Source of the DNA: Octopus vulgaris
Lineage: Eukaryota
Length of the DNA: 64,000 nt
NCBI GenBank assembly: GCA_951406725.2
Contig: OX597830.1
Location: 10,478,001 to 10,542,000 of the forward strand
Reading direction: 5' to 3'
The position numbers were made by a program, and so were the translations under genes. The notes under the pieces are model-generated. The model ran no database searches. It was not told the origin of the DNA and was given only the letters and a program-made list of their open reading frames with translations. The stretch's first letter is position 1. Every line of letters begins with the position of its first letter. Positions 41,456 to 55,020 of the stretch are shown one piece after another.

Positions 41456-42194
41456 CTGTATAAAACGCTGGATAATCAGCATGAAAAAAATGACACATTT
41501 GTGTACTGTAATTTTCGGACTATGAACTGCACTACCCATAAACCCGCAACCCCGAAAACCACAGCTTAATCCAGACAGGGCACATGAAAATATGGGGAAT
41601 CAGTTGATCAACTGGTTACAAAACAAATGAGAAGCGAAAAATACCGACAGCACATTCACGGTCAACTGTTATACCCGCATATTTCTATTGGCCAGTCACA
41701 CTTGTACAAGTATGATTAGCAAATGAATGTGTAGGAGTGGTGTGGGTTTTTGAGGCCAACAACAACAAAAATAAAAAAGGATGATAGCATGCGAAAAATT
41801 GGAAGTCTTGAAATTTTAAAACTCAACTGTCTCGAGCCACCCTGTTTTCACGATGCTTCATCGTCCCTTCGCGGCACTTATCAATGTTTGATAAGTTCCA
41901 ACGTACGAAACTCTCGGTCCTTGAGTCACTCTGTTGCTTCTGCTACATATTAATAAAACTATACTTATACTCATATTCTGAGTCCAGTTTCTTTTTTGCA
42001 TCACCGTGTGTGTGTGTGTGTGTGTGTGTGTGTTGAAAAAATGAATATAAATGGCTTTTCTGATAATTGTTCCACTTTAATAATTAAATGCTTATAAGTC
42101 ATCTAATTGTTAATTATTAAAGGGAAAAAAATTATCGGAAAATCCATTTCTATTCATTTTACGAATATATAATATTGTACCAACGACTTTATAA

Positions 42195-42225
<31 letters not shown>

Positions 42226-42260
42226 TATATAAGTAAAGTAAAGGTTATTTTCCTAGAAGA

Positions 42261-42449
42261 GACGTTGTTACTGTTCATTAGCCTCAAGAAACATCGTTTC
42301 TAGCTGGCTGTACGACACACTATAGGTGTCCTTATATTTTCGAACTGGGAATTCAGCATCCCCACCTACCACAAAACAATTTAAGGACCCAGTGTCGTAC
42401 AGCCAGCTAGAAACGATGTTTCTTGGGGCTAATGAACAGTAACAACGTC
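42261..42449. repeat. 58-bp near-perfect inverted repeat in a (TA)n-flanked insert
   Basis: 42261-42318 mirrors 42392-42449; (TA)n at ~42195 and ~42540. Confidence 0.93.
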
Positions 42450-42537
42450 CTTTCCAGGATAGCCATATTATGTTGGCAATTAAATTTTACAAAGAAATGT
42501 TACTGTATGTCTCTCTCTGAGAGATTTAGAAGTAATA

Positions 42538-42597
<60 letters not shown>

Positions 42598-42598
<1 letters not shown>

Positions 42599-43961
42599 AC
42601 AATTTCTGTCTGTCTGTTACCATCTTGCTGCCTATACCAGCGAACCAATCTTCACGAAACTTTGCATAGATGTTAAACTAACATTCAGTTCAATTATAGG
42701 GCAATTGGATTTCAATAAAAGTCGATAATGGACCCCCTTACGGGAGTTGGGCTATTATATGATAAAATGAGAAGGGTACAAAGAGTGTTAGGTTAGGAGA
42801 AATGTGGTAGTATAATGAGGTGGTTAATATCAAGGAAGAAGAGGAGACAGGGAGAGACAGGGAATGTGAGAAACACAGAGAGAGAGAACGACAGACAGGG
42901 ACAGAACGGGAGTGAGAGAATGTGTTTACCGAAGGGAACAGTGAATTTTAATACTTTGTTCTTTAATTTTTATCTGTCACTTAGCACATACACTTTAGTG
43001 AATTAGCTATCGTATACTCAGTCAAAATTTTTACAATATGTCCAACAACAGATGTAAAACTAACAAGTGAAAAGTAAAGTGTTTTTATATTTGTTTTCAA
43101 ATCCCGTATTAAGATTTATTAAAACTTTACCAATATACTGAAACTATAAAACTATAGATAATGTTTTTCATTTTCTTCCATAAATGAATAGCCCGTCATT
43201 GTCAGGCAATTTTTACAATAAAATGTCTTATATAATTTTTTGTTCATTTCATGTCAGACCATGCCTTCGACAGAAAGGCCTCTTGATCTTGTGCAATTTT
43301 TCGCAAAAACATTCCTTGTTTTTTTTTTCCTTTTTAAATTATTTACATGTTTGTTCGACCGTTTCACATGACTTCATTCATTAAAACTTATCAGAACTTC
43401 AAAAGTTCTTAGATCTTTCGTCGTCGCAATGCTTTCGTTTGTGTAATAAAAATTCCTTCTCTTAATGATTTTGCTTTCATTTTGTGGTAGACAGCTATCA
43501 TGCATAAAATGCCAGCTTCCAGATCCTGTTTTCTGATTAGGTAAAATTGATTAAACTTTAAACCTCAATAACATTTTTCTGTAATTTTTCTGGAACAAAT
43601 AACAAAATCGGATTTAACAGAGAAAAATTATTTCAATATATCAAATTTCAAAATTTTGACGTAATTTTAAAATTTCACAATGTCAGAGCAACTGATAATA
43701 ATCAACCATCAATTGTCACATAGTCGCACGTGGTCAATACTCTCATCCTTCCAATCATCCACAAATTCAATTTTTTTACCATTACAATCAATCAGTTTTA
43801 TGATTCAATTGTATTACATGTCAGTATTTGTAAATCTATCCCACGTCACCGTGTATTTATAAATCTATTTGTAATTTAAACTGCAACATGAAAAAGTGAA
43901 GAGGGAACGGGAACTGGAAATAACCTCCGCTTTTCCGGATATTACCGGGTAATTCCTCTAG
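42598..43961 (+). mobile_element. Non-autonomous Helitron-like element
   Basis: 5' tgtctgtctg..aaccaatcttcacgaaactttgca similar to the 10486 element; 3' ccggatattaccgggtaattcctCTAG|T. Confidence 0.65.
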
Positions 43962-44119
43962 TATATATATATATTCTTTCACTTGTTTCAGTCATTTGAC
44001 TGCGGCCATGCTGGATCACCACCTTATATAGATATATGTGTGTGTGTGTATTAAAGAAACATACAAAATGGCATACAAATAACAAGGGAAGGGTGGGGAG
44101 ATAGATGTTTCATATTTTC

Positions 44120-44324
44120 TTTTACTGATTTCGGTTGCTATACTGCGGCCATGGTGGGGCATAGCTTTGAAGAATTTTTAGTACTCTCGTTTTTTTTTTT
44201 CTTTTAAGTCTGGTACATATTCTGTCGTTTCTTTTGCCGAACCGCTATGTTACGGGGATTTAAACAAACCAAAACCGGTTGTGAAACGGCACGGTAGGGT
44301 TGCAAACACAAGTATACACACACA

Positions 44325-44373
<49 letters not shown>

Positions 44374-44525
44374 CTTTCAGTTTCCGCCTAACAAATCCAC
44401 TCACAAGGCTTTGGCCAGCCCGAGGCTAGAGTAGAAAACACTTCCCTAAGGTCCCACGCATTGGAACTGAACCCGGAACAATTTTCTTGGCAAGAAAACT
44501 TCTTACCTCCCAGCCACGCCTGCGC
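44120..44525 (-). mobile_element. SINE family A, diverged
   Basis: Reverse complement match with (CA)n centre. Confidence 0.8.
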
Positions 44526-44699
44526 TGAGAAGACAAACGCTCACACACACAAAAGTCAGTCATTTGAAAACTATATGAAATCGAGTCCCCTGAATAATAT
44601 GATATTGAAGGAGAGAAATACAAGAGGCCAAATCTCAAAACTAATCAATGTTTCTGTAAGAAACTTCTAGAATAACCCAACTTAATATATTCCAGATTG

Positions 44700-45030
44700 T
44701 AATGCTTTGATACTTATTCTTATCGCATCGGAAATGGTAAATTAAGTGAAGAATTTTGGTCAGAATGCCGTCATGCATCATAAAGATTTGGTGTGTGTTT
44801 TACTTTGTAGTCTAAGTTTTTGATGGATATCATATGAAAAGGTTTCGTCAACCATTTAAGTAAAAATCATACCGACATATTCGTATACGGCATTATACGT
44901 AATATTTGTAAGAGGCGAACGGATGAATGTACGCTTGTTGCTCTTGTATGTGTTCTGTTCTGCTAAGAAACCTTTTGTTTGAATTCATTGTACGATGCAA
45001 GGAAATATTAAATAAAGCCAGAGTGACACT
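44700..45030 (-). pseudogene. Possible highly decayed PLE GIY-YIG fragment
   Basis: Weak peptides ASYNEFKQ/KRFLS ... KPF ... SLN..VSKH in the expected order; many stops. Confidence 0.25.
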
Positions 45031-45281
45031 ATATCTCGCGTATATGTCAGAGGAATAGGGAATAGGGAAAGAAAGAAAGAAACGAACTAACATGCTGTTT
45101 ATGATAGCAGGGGATTCTAATTAGGGAAGGGATTAAGACTGTATTCTGAAATACATATATGATGTCGTTTGACAAAAGTCGGTGAAATGGAGAACGTTCG
45201 TTTGTGTGAAGTAAATATAATCTTTGTTTTGGAAGACTCACTTAAGGGCTCGTTGCTTACAGAAATACGTATGTGCGTGTG

Positions 45282-45322
<41 letters not shown>

Positions 45323-45645
45323 GCACACACATACACACAGATAATGATACAAATAAACACGCTTGTGCTTTATATATATTTATATATATATATATATACA
45401 TGTAAAAATATACAGGGTTCTATACATGTAAATATATATAGGATTATAACAAATAAACACGCTCGAGCTTGATAAATATACATACATATATAAAAGAAAA
45501 TATTCATAGAGTTATGTGTATATATATATATATATATATATTGATATAAATGGTAAGACAACAAAAGAATGAAAGAAACCTCGATATTATGTAAATAGAG
45601 GAATTTATCTGTAAATGTAATATGTGACAATTATCCGGTAGCCAT

Positions 45646-45706
45646 GATACAACTCCGAGTTTCGGATGCCGAGGTGGAAATCCACGCCGCCATCTCTTCA
45701 GTTATC
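45646..45706 (-). ncRNA. Type-I hammerhead ribozyme candidate
   Basis: Minus strand: GAUAA-CUGAAGA-GAUG..GUGGAuuUCCAC..CAUCc-GAAAC-UCgGA-GUU-GUAUC. Confidence 0.65.
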
Positions 45707-46013
45707 CGGCCATTGGAAAAAATGCTATGAAAATGACCGTTAATCAAAGGGAAATAATTGTGTGATTGACCGTTATTAAGACAAAAGAGCTATTAGAATG
45801 ACCGCTAAGTGAGGGGAGGGAGTAAAAATAAGGGGGTAAAAAAGTTCATAGTGTTCGCGAAAGCGCGCATGTCCATACCTACTCGTATATATATTGGCGA
45901 AAAAGCCCGCCATTTTCATAGATATGTAAAGATGAACATTCGTACATGCTGCGGCGAATTCTACGGTTGGTTGTCGGGTATGTGATGTTGTTTTTTTCTT
46001 ATGTCTTGCGTTC

Positions 46014-46077
46014 GTTGCACTGAAGAGCATAGAATGCATATTCTGCATTGATTGCGAAATCACAGGTGATACGTAAC
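46014..46077 (+). ncRNA. Type-I hammerhead ribozyme candidate
   Basis: GUUGCA-CUGAAGA-GCA.AAUGCAuauucUGCAUU.UGC-GAAA-UCACagGUG-AUA-CGUAAC; cleavage triplet AUA at 46069-46071. Confidence 0.65.
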
Positions 46078-46409
46078 TAAATTCTGTTTTTAAACGACTT
46101 GCTTTGAAGTTTTGCATTCGGTACAATTTGTTTATTTTTGTAGTTTTGACAGCAAAAGTCCCTCCTAGCGTGCGGTACCTATGAATAACAGTACCCTCTG
46201 TATAATATAAATATATATATAAAGAAAGAGAGAAACTGAAAATATTCAGATGAACATTCATGTATAAGCCTTTAGATATATATATTAACCACATTTTATC
46301 CCGCAGACTTCCGAGTGTAAGTACAAATCATTTGAGCACCACAACTTGTTTTCTATACTGGACATCTCTGGATCTCACTCGCTGATTCTCTCTCTCGTTC
46401 TCTCTTATA

Positions 46410-46740
46410 TATGGCTCAGTGGTTAGAGCGTCGAACTAACTACCGTGAGGTTGTTAGTTCGAATCCCGGACCGGGCTGCGTGTTGTGTTCTTGAGCAAGA
46501 CACTTTATTTCACGTTGTTCCAGTTAACTCAGCTGTAGAAATGAGTTGTGACGTCACTGGTGCCAAGCTGTATCGGCCCCTTTGCCTTTCCCTTGGATAA
46601 CATCGATGGCATGGAGAAGGGAGGCTGGTATGCATGGGCGACTGCTGGTCTTCCATAAACAACCTTGCCTGGACTTTTGCCTGGGAGAGTAACTTTCTAG
46701 GTGCAATCCCATGATCATTCGTGACCGAAGGACGTCTCCG
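46410..46740 (+). mobile_element. tRNA-derived SINE (same family as 9581-9900)
   Basis: tggctcagtgg A box, agttcgaatccc B box, shared body. Confidence 0.85.
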
Positions 46741-47957
46741 ATCCGAAATATACATACACATGCATACACACATGGTTGCCCAAAACTCACCTGACAGTAA
46801 ATCAAAACCGTTTAATTCCAAGATATTTTTATGCTTAATAAGTGAATGAATTTAACAAAAAGTGTCTAAATATGGAACATCATGAAATCTTTCTTAAGCG
46901 AAACATTTTTCCATTCGAGTCAATACAGAATAAGGATAGTATTTATGGAATTTTGATTTACTGCCGGGTGACTTTTGGCCAACCCCGGGATGCACACCCT
47001 ATACGATCTTTTTACTCTTTCGTTTTTCTCTCTCTCTCTCTCTCTTTCTCTTATTCTTTTACCTCTGCCACTATTCTTTCCTATTACTCTGTCTCTCTTC
47101 CTCCTTCCTCTTTTGCTTACGTAACCATCGGCTATCTTTCTTCACCTACTTTGACCCTCCGCAAAATCCCAGATTTTATTTAATTTGCTTTGTAAGAGCA
47201 ACTGCCTAATCGAAAGCGTATATTGTTGTTAAATGCTCGAAAAACGAGAGTAGAAAAACAGCCAACAACTGATGAAGGGTCGTTCTTTATGTTGTTATTT
47301 TGTTTTCGATTTGTGTCTTTCGTTGTACAAAAGAATAGTTCATGTTCCATGTACTCGTGCCTTCGTATTTTTTGCTGTACACGTTTCATGACGTCATGTA
47401 CCCACATATGCTCATATATATACGTATAGATATATGTACATATTCGTATGTCTCTATGCGTGTATATATACATACATATATATATATGTTCTTGTTCTAT
47501 CGGTATTTTTTACTCAACCGCTATGTTACGGGCACATAACAAATGAATATCAGTTGTCAACCCGCGGGTGGACACACACACAGTGTTGTATTGACTTCTG
47601 TATTTAGTTTATGTTGGTTGCTTTTATAGATAAACATAATTTTAATCTGCGAGTGCGCGTAGACATGAATCTCTGTGTATGTATGCATGTATATCTGTGA
47701 ATGTGTTAATATATACAGGAGTGTGTTTGTGTGTCAACCACTCTAATCAAGTTGTGGCCTTATGACCATTTTATACACGATATCAACTGGACAACCTTAT
47801 AAACTGCTAGAAGTTATATTTACGATGTTTGATTAGGTTAGTAGTAACCCGACTTCCGCTAGTTGAACTCGTGTCTGTCTGTGTGTCTAGTTTGTTTCGT
47901 TATTTTACAGTTTTTTATTAAATTATTTTCAATTGAAACCAAGAAAACTTCTCAAAT

Positions 47958-48031
<74 letters not shown>

Positions 48032-49003
48032 TTGTACGAGTTTTAAACTGATTTAAACTTTGTTTTGCTTATTTAATATCTGCAAGCAAATGGAAGCCAA
48101 ACTATACTGGCGAAGTCACAAACTTTACCTTTTGGTTTTGACTTAAACCACAAAGGTCAAAAGTGTTTTGATTTCAATTTGGTAAATGGCAAATGTTAGC
48201 TTCATATCAAAAATATATATAATATCACAAGAAACAAAGTACCATCTTAGAACATATTAAACATGACTGTTCTGGGGAGAATGTGTGTATCCTCTATACT
48301 AAATATGAAATTATATTATATAGGGCCTCCGTCGGCCAGCGTTGACCATACTTCTTCGCACTTATGTGCGGGCCTAGGAAAGATTACTTTTGAAGAAAAT
48401 TAACAGTTGCCCAAACATCCAAGTTTTCTCTCCCCTCTTCGCCAGTGATTTTTACTCAGAGGGAAGGCCATATATGGACTGCAGCAGATTGGCACTAGTA
48501 TTGTTTAAGGCGTTCGTCCTAGAAGGCCAAGAGCCGAATTAGAAGTTGCAAAACGACTCGTATGCCATCTTTTAAGCTCTGCAAATCCAGCGCGGTGGGT
48601 TGTCATTTTTCTATCAGTTTCCGCGTACTAGGTTCCTTGGTCCAGGGTCATACTAAAAGACGCTTACCCAAAGTTCCACGCAGTGTGACTGAAACTGGAA
48701 TCAAAGCGAGTTTCTTCCTTGAGTACACAGCAATGCCTGCACTTATTTATCTTCAAACTTAGCGCCAAGTTGATATTGGCGGGCTTTGAACTCGGTCCAA
48801 ACAAATACCACAAGGTATTCTAGCCATGCTGTAACATGTTTTTGCCAATTTGGTGCCTCTGAGTAGCCTTGAGTTTTATGACTTTATGGAGACCTACCGA
48901 AGGTTAGCGAGAAGATGAGGCAAAGACGGCTGCGGCTATCTGGTCACTGCGTGTGCCACCCTGAGCAGGAAGAATCCAATTTAGTTTTGTGGATCCCACT
49001 TCA

Positions 49004-49422
49004 TACTCTTTTACTCGTTTCAATCATTTGACTGCAGCCATGCAGGAGCACCGCCTTTTAGTCGAGCAAATCGAACCCATGACTTATTCTTTGTAAGCCT
49101 AGTACTTATTCTATCGGTCTCTTTTGCTGAACCGCTAAGTTACGGGGACGTAAACACACCACCATCGGTTGTCAAGCGATGTTGGGGGGACAAACACACA
49201 CACACAAACATATAGATACACAGATAAGAAGCCCGTCGTATATATATGTATATATATACGACGGGCTTCTTTCAGTTTCTGTCAACCAAATCCACTCACA
49301 AGGCTTTGGTCGGCCCGAGGCTATAGTAGAAGACACTTGCCCAAGGTGTCACACAGTGGGACTGAACCCGGAACCCTGTGGTTCGTAAGTAAGCTACTTA
49401 CCACACAGCTACCCCTGCGCCT
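49004..49422 (-). mobile_element. SINE family A, full length
   Basis: End-to-end reverse complement match to 9138-9550. Confidence 0.9.
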
Positions 49423-50223
49423 TCATGATGATGTTTGATCTCAGACACTGGCCTGGAATGTATCCAGGACCCCGAAGCAGTGATGATGGACCGAGAAGTG
49501 TAGCGAGGGAACTTTGTTGCTACAGCCCGGGTTGAACCCCGGCCATAATAATAAAAATAAGATTTATGCTTCAAATTTCACTTTGTAATAACCCGAGAAA
49601 TAAAGGCGACAGGCTGGCAGAATCGCTACGGCACTGGACAAAATGCTTAGCAGCATTTATTCCGGCGATACGTTCTGAGTTCAAATTCCGCCGAGGTTGA
49701 CTTTGTCTTCCATACTTTCGGTGTCGATGAGATAAGAACCTCTGAAATGCTAGAATTGTAGCAATCGAATTATCCTTTCCTCGAAAATGCTGACCATGTG
49801 CCAAAATTTGGAAGCAATAATCTGAGAGAGAATGAAAGAGAGAGATAGAGACTGGTTTCTGCACAGTTTTCGTGTAAACCAACGAACTGAGATTACGGGG
49901 GAAGGCACCTGTATAAACTGCAGCGCAATAGAATTGAACGCGAAGCCATGTGGTGGAGGAACGAACTTTTTTCTACAAAGCCATCTAAATAGCCAAAGAT
50001 TACATTGAACATAAGAACTAAAGGACAAAATAAATAAATCTTGAAACTGGTTCCACTTTCAGTTCGTATTTTATTTTAAAAATTTGGTCGTTAAAATCAA
50101 TATTTTTTCCTTTGTTTCGCTTTGCAAAAATTTAAGTTTTATCAATCACACAAAACTGTTTCATAGCATCAGTTAATTGCATTTTGCGTGTGTGTGTGTG
50201 GAGGGCTTTCCTGGACATTTATA

Positions 50224-50626
50224 GGATCTTTTCACTTTGACCAGCAGATTTAAAAAATAATTTCCACGTAACTAAACACTTTTAAACTTCGTATACTGGT
50301 AGAATGTGTCACCTAAAACATCTTTTTCTCTTGGCGTTCTTGAGAAAATTCTGTAAACAGTGACAAACGAAATATACACCGCCGGAACTTCTTGTTGACA
50401 AACAGCAGCAGTAATTGTATTCACCTCAATAGACGTCATTGATTGATTGAAATTGCCGAAATACGAGAAATTTAACAACAAATAACTTACAAACTACAGA
50501 ATTTTCTCAAGAACGCCAAGAGAAAAAGATGTTTTATGTGACACATTCTACCAGTATACGAAGGTTGACATTGTTTAGTTACAAAGAAATTATTTTTTAA
50601 ATCTACCGGTCAAAGTGAAAAGATTC
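50224..50626. mobile_element. Long-TIR MITE, GGATC terminus, 8-bp TSD (relative of 19496 element)
   Basis: ~130-bp TIRs sharing aacttcgtatactggtagaatgtgtca with the 19.5-kb element; TSD catttata at 50216-50223 and 50627-50634. Confidence 0.88.
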
Positions 50627-50689
50627 CATTTATACGTTTAAATATACTAAGGAAGAGCACTATCTATATCCGTATAGTGAGAGTGGTTC

Positions 50690-51720
50690 ACTTGGTCTGT
50701 TGCTGGGTTTAAACATAACCACCGGGTTATCAGATGCTTTAAGTGGGGTCCATTCTGTTGCAAGCGTCTAAAAGAAGGCTCGCGTTTGAGGTAACATTCT
50801 CTTTCCCTCTCAACATTCATAGAGATCCTACAAGTTCCATGGTCATTGCAATTTCTTGCCATTGTAATATATGTTTAAAAAATTATAAAATTTAATGTTT
50901 ATTAAGATCGCTGCAAACTTTAGATCTGAAGTTTCCTTTATTACGACTTTTAGGGAAGAGCGGGATTTTATAAATGTACTTAGAGTATCGATAATAATTC
51001 AGAATACAGTTCCTTTTATAGAAGATATCAAATCGAGGCTTCCTTTGTCTGGAAAAGAAGCAAAGCTGCCAGCGGCAGAAACGTATCACGACGAGGTTTA
51101 TGCATTTACAAGTCGTAATATAAATAAATTATTGTTTTATACCGTTCTATTTCCTGTCGGATATATTCTAGCTATACACTGAAGTGATATAATGCTGATT
51201 GTTTCCAATATATAAATTATTACAAAGCATTCAATATCACAAGGACAGTGCTATGTAAATATATTTGCAGTCAATAACATATAACTGTACACAGATTTAC
51301 ACAGCTCTGCTTTTATGACATTCAGCGCTGTATTGACTTATATATCATAAATATAAAGCTTCATACGAGATACAGCTAAGGTATTTTATCACTACCCTTC
51401 CTTAAGAAGTTGAGCAATATAAAATGTTAAGTCACTTACAGTTATTCCTACGAGAGAACTTGTAAAGTCGAAGCTGTTTAATGTTTTCGGTCGCACGCAG
51501 CTTGGTTTTCGGTTTAGAGAAAAATCAATGCTTGGTTTCATCTTTTCCAACAAGATTCACCGTATTTCGTACTACAATATTTAATTGCTGTGTGCTTATA
51601 CAATCTCTGTAGCCATTAAAGGTCATATTAAACACGTGAAGCGTTTGGCTCAAAATCTGGGATAATTTCAATGTTTCCTTTGATATCTTCGAATATATAC
51701 CATCTTCTTTCAAAGCATTT
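50690..51720 (-). pseudogene. Heavily decayed hAT-like transposase remnants
   Basis: FNMTFNGYRDCISTQQLNIVVR resembles FSxxxDExTDxSxxEQLxIxxR, and HLKHLITRWLCLNPA resembles the TRWLS motif; both are in the expected order. Confidence 0.45.
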
Positions 51721-52189
51721 CTGTAACTCTGTTTTCTAAAGCATAGATTACGTTGTCATATCTTATATATCGGGGCCCCATTTTTGACCACATGAGGCTA
51801 TGAATCTGTACCTGCAAAATGATCTCCAAAGTGATTGCCTTTTCAAGACTCGTTACGGAAGAGAATCATTTGCCTATGAAAGAATGATTCTCTCTTCTTC
51901 TCAGCCGCCTCCTTCAATGTGGTTCAAGGAAGCATCAAAGACCAATATAGCATGAAATCCGTTTTATCGCAAGCATTACTATTAGAATACAAAACTGTTA
52001 ATACAATGAGAAAAGACGACAAGGTTGTTCGATGCTTGTTCTAGTTTCCCCATCGTTCCACTGCTCTGGAATAGTTTTATGTTTATTGATTTCTGAAAGG
52101 GGAAAGTTGATGACCGATTTCTCCCCGATTCTCACCGAAAGTTGATGGCTTCGATTTCTCATTTTGCTTTTTATCCTTTTGGACACCCC

Positions 52190-52500
52190 CCCCCACTGAA
52201 CAGGTACTGCGAGGTATTTGAACGTTCAAACAACTCTGGCATTTTACCTCCCTATTTCATACGATTCGGCAATAAATACCACCATGACCGATATCCAAAC
52301 TACAGTGGAGAAGGCTAGCCACTGGATTTGGTTAAAAAGAGATGATGAGCGATGGCTAGAGAAATATTGAGCTACATTTAATAACCAGTTGATCTAGCAA
52401 GCGGGGACTCATATCAATGAGGGGGCCGGTGTGCATTGATGCCGTCGAGAGGTAGGCCCCGAAACGGTGCACATTCTCTCCTGATGACCCCATACACTTG
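52190..52500 (+). mobile_element. 3' end of a HERO-like (RLE-type) non-LTR retrotransposon
   Basis: TTMTDIQTTVEKASHWIWLKRDDERWLEKY* (stop ~52370) resembles the recalled HERO C-terminal EKASxWLWLKR motif; GC-richer 3' UTR follows. Confidence 0.65.
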
Positions 52501-52608
52501 CTGGCTTCCGGTAAACGAAGCCTTTGACTGGTAGCACTTGCATGTACAAGTTGTTTGCAAAACATCAGTAATCCCTCGCCATGTCGCGGTTTACTATTAA
52601 AGTTTACG

Positions 52609-53010
52609 AAGGCTGCGAGCTGGTAGAAGCGTTACCTCGCCGGGCGAAATGCTTTGCAGTATTTCGTCTGCCGCTACTTTCTGAGTTCAAATTACGCCGA
52701 GGTCGACTTTGCCTTTCATCCTTTCGGGGTCGATTAAATAAGTACCAGTTACGCACTGGGGTCGATATAATCGACTTAATCCGTTTGTCTGTCCTTGTTT
52801 GTCCACTCTATGTTTAGCCCCTTGTGGGTAGTAAAGAAATAGGTATTTCGTCTGTCTTTAAGTTCTGAGTTCAAATTCCGCCGAGGTCGACTTTGCCGTT
52901 TTATCCTTTCTGGGTCGATAAATTAAGTACCATTTCGTACTGGGATTGATCTAACTGACTGGCTCCCACCCCCAAAATTTCGGGCCTTGAGCCTAGAGTA
53001 TAAAAGATTA
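52609..53010 (+). mobile_element. SINE family B dimer
   Basis: Head, core and tail, then aagaaataggtatttcgtctg re-entering the core. Confidence 0.88.
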
Positions 53011-53595
53011 TTTAAGCTTACGTCGATTCCACTGTGGTGTTGTTTTGCATTTATTGCAAAATAAATGTATACAAACAAAAATAATAATAATAATAAATTA
53101 TACAGTAGAGTACTGTTTCTATTTAGCGGACTATCGCGGTGGTGATTAGAACGTAACACCAGCGATAATCGAGGGATTACAGTATATCAAGCAGTGTATA
53201 TGGGAGCATGTGCTTGAAAATTCCGAGTGTGGCAGGCAGCCAGACATACAGGCAAAGACAGTTGTGTGGTTAAGAAGTGAGCTTTGCCAGCGCAAGATAC
53301 CAAGTTCGATCCCACTGCACCCGGCAGATGGCGTACTTGTCTTTTATATTAGTCTTGTGCCAACCACTAGCTCGGGCGTGGAATCTGGTAGACAGAAACC
53401 GAAGGAAAAACCCATTACAAACATCATGAATAATCGTTCTGACCTGTTCCAGTCATCGGACTGCGATTATGCTGAGGCACCGCTTAGGATGGCTTAGTCC
53501 AACAAATTAGGCTCTATCGATCTTTTGTTGAAACGCTACTTTACAAGGACGTAATAAAACCAATCAGTGGTGGTGGACATATATATATATATATT

Positions 53596-53663
53596 TCAGA
53601 TACATCGATAATGATAGATAGATAATATGTTATCTATCTATCTATCATTATCGATGTATCTGA
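53596..53663. repeat. Hairpin between (TA)n tracts
   Basis: tcagatacatcgataatgatagatagata is mirrored exactly. Confidence 0.9.
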
Positions 53664-53860
53664 TATATATATATATATAAAAGTACAAAGTGAGATAGGG
53701 GTTATGAGTGTAACCCTCTATGGGATATCATTTATCCAATATACTGTTGGTAAAGTACCCAGAAGGCTAATACATAAATGCTAAGAATTGCAATGCAATT
53801 CGTTTATTGTATTATATGGGCGAAGGTAAAATGTTTTACCTCAAATTCATAATACAAAAT

Positions 53861-53987
53861 AAGAAAATGGAGGAATTTCTTTCAATCATCAACTTCCAGA
53901 TAATACCAATTAATTAGTTAATAAATTATATGAATTGGTATTATCCGGAAGTTGATGATTGAAAGAAATCTATTCCTCCATTTTCTT
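53861..53987. repeat. ~50-bp inverted repeat ending in (TA)n
   Basis: 53861-53911 mirrors 53933-53987 with a small indel. Confidence 0.9.
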
Positions 53988-53993
53988 TTTTTG

Positions 53994-54026
<33 letters not shown>

Positions 54027-54159
54027 TGAGGGTGTCTGAGAGACACCAACATGCCGAAATAGCAGTCGAAATTCTGACTATAAAAACCACGTTAAGTGTT
54101 CACATCGTACCATGAGATAAGACAGAGGGACAAAATATACAAGCAAAAGTTATTGAATA

Positions 54160-54218
54160 ATTCAAGATCCAGGATTTCTGGTTTTGCTTTAAATAAGCTT
54201 TACCGTCATCAATTGAAT
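54160..54218 (-). ncRNA. Type-I hammerhead, U3 core variant
   Basis: Reverse complement of 54737-54795. Confidence 0.7.
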
Positions 54219-54736
54219 ATATCAAGGGTACATAAATACAGGTATATATATCCAGAACAAACGATATACTTACATATACGAACGTCCATACACATATACA
54301 TATGTACGTATGCACACGGCCAGTTAAATTGCCCGCCAAAACACCCCATAAGCACGATGTGGTTAAAATAAACACCGCAGTGAATATAACAAATTATATA
54401 AATTTATATATGAGGATAATATCGATATTTAAGTATCAATATTATCAAGTGGCCAGCATGGAAGAAATACCGTACAAAGGTAATAATTTTTAACAATTAA
54501 AAATGAGGGTGTCTGAGAGACACCAACATGCCGAAATAGCAGACAAAATTCTGACTATAAAAACCACGTTAAGTGTTCACATCGTATTTTAACCACATCG
54601 TGCTTATGGGGTGTTTTGGCGGGCAATTTAACTGGCCGTGTGCATACGTACATATGTATATGTGTATGGACGTTCGTATATGTAAGTATATCGTTTGTTC
54701 TGGATATATATATCTGTATTTATGTACCCTTGATAT

Positions 54737-54795
54737 ATTCAATTGATGACGGTAAAGCTTATTTAAAGCAAAACCAGAAATCCTGGATCTTGAAT
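54737..54795 (+). ncRNA. Type-I hammerhead, U3 core variant
   Basis: AUUCAA-UUGAUGA-cGGU..GCUU..AAGC..ACCa-GAAA-UCCuGG-AUC-UUGAAU. 6-bp perfect stem I, near-palindromic stem III, AUC at 54787-54789. Confidence 0.7.
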
Positions 54796-55020
54796 TATTC
54801 AATAACTTTTGCTTGTATATTTTGTCCCTCTGTCTTATCTCATGGTACGATGTGAACACTTAACGTGGTTTTTATAGTCAGAATTTCGACTGCTATTTCG
54901 GCATGTTGGTGTCTCTCAGACACCCTCATTTTTAATTGTTAAAAATTATTACCTTTGTACGGTATTTCTTCCATGCTGGCCACTTGATAATATTGATACT
55001 TAAATATCGATATTATCCTC

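Noticed and set aside
45776-46294. 172-aa ORF
   Set aside because: No recognisable motif; spans a TA tract and an HHR-bearing repeat.
54096-54859. Two near-identical 91-96 aa ORFs on opposite strands
   Set aside because: By-product of the inverted duplication; non-ATG starts and no recognisable domain.
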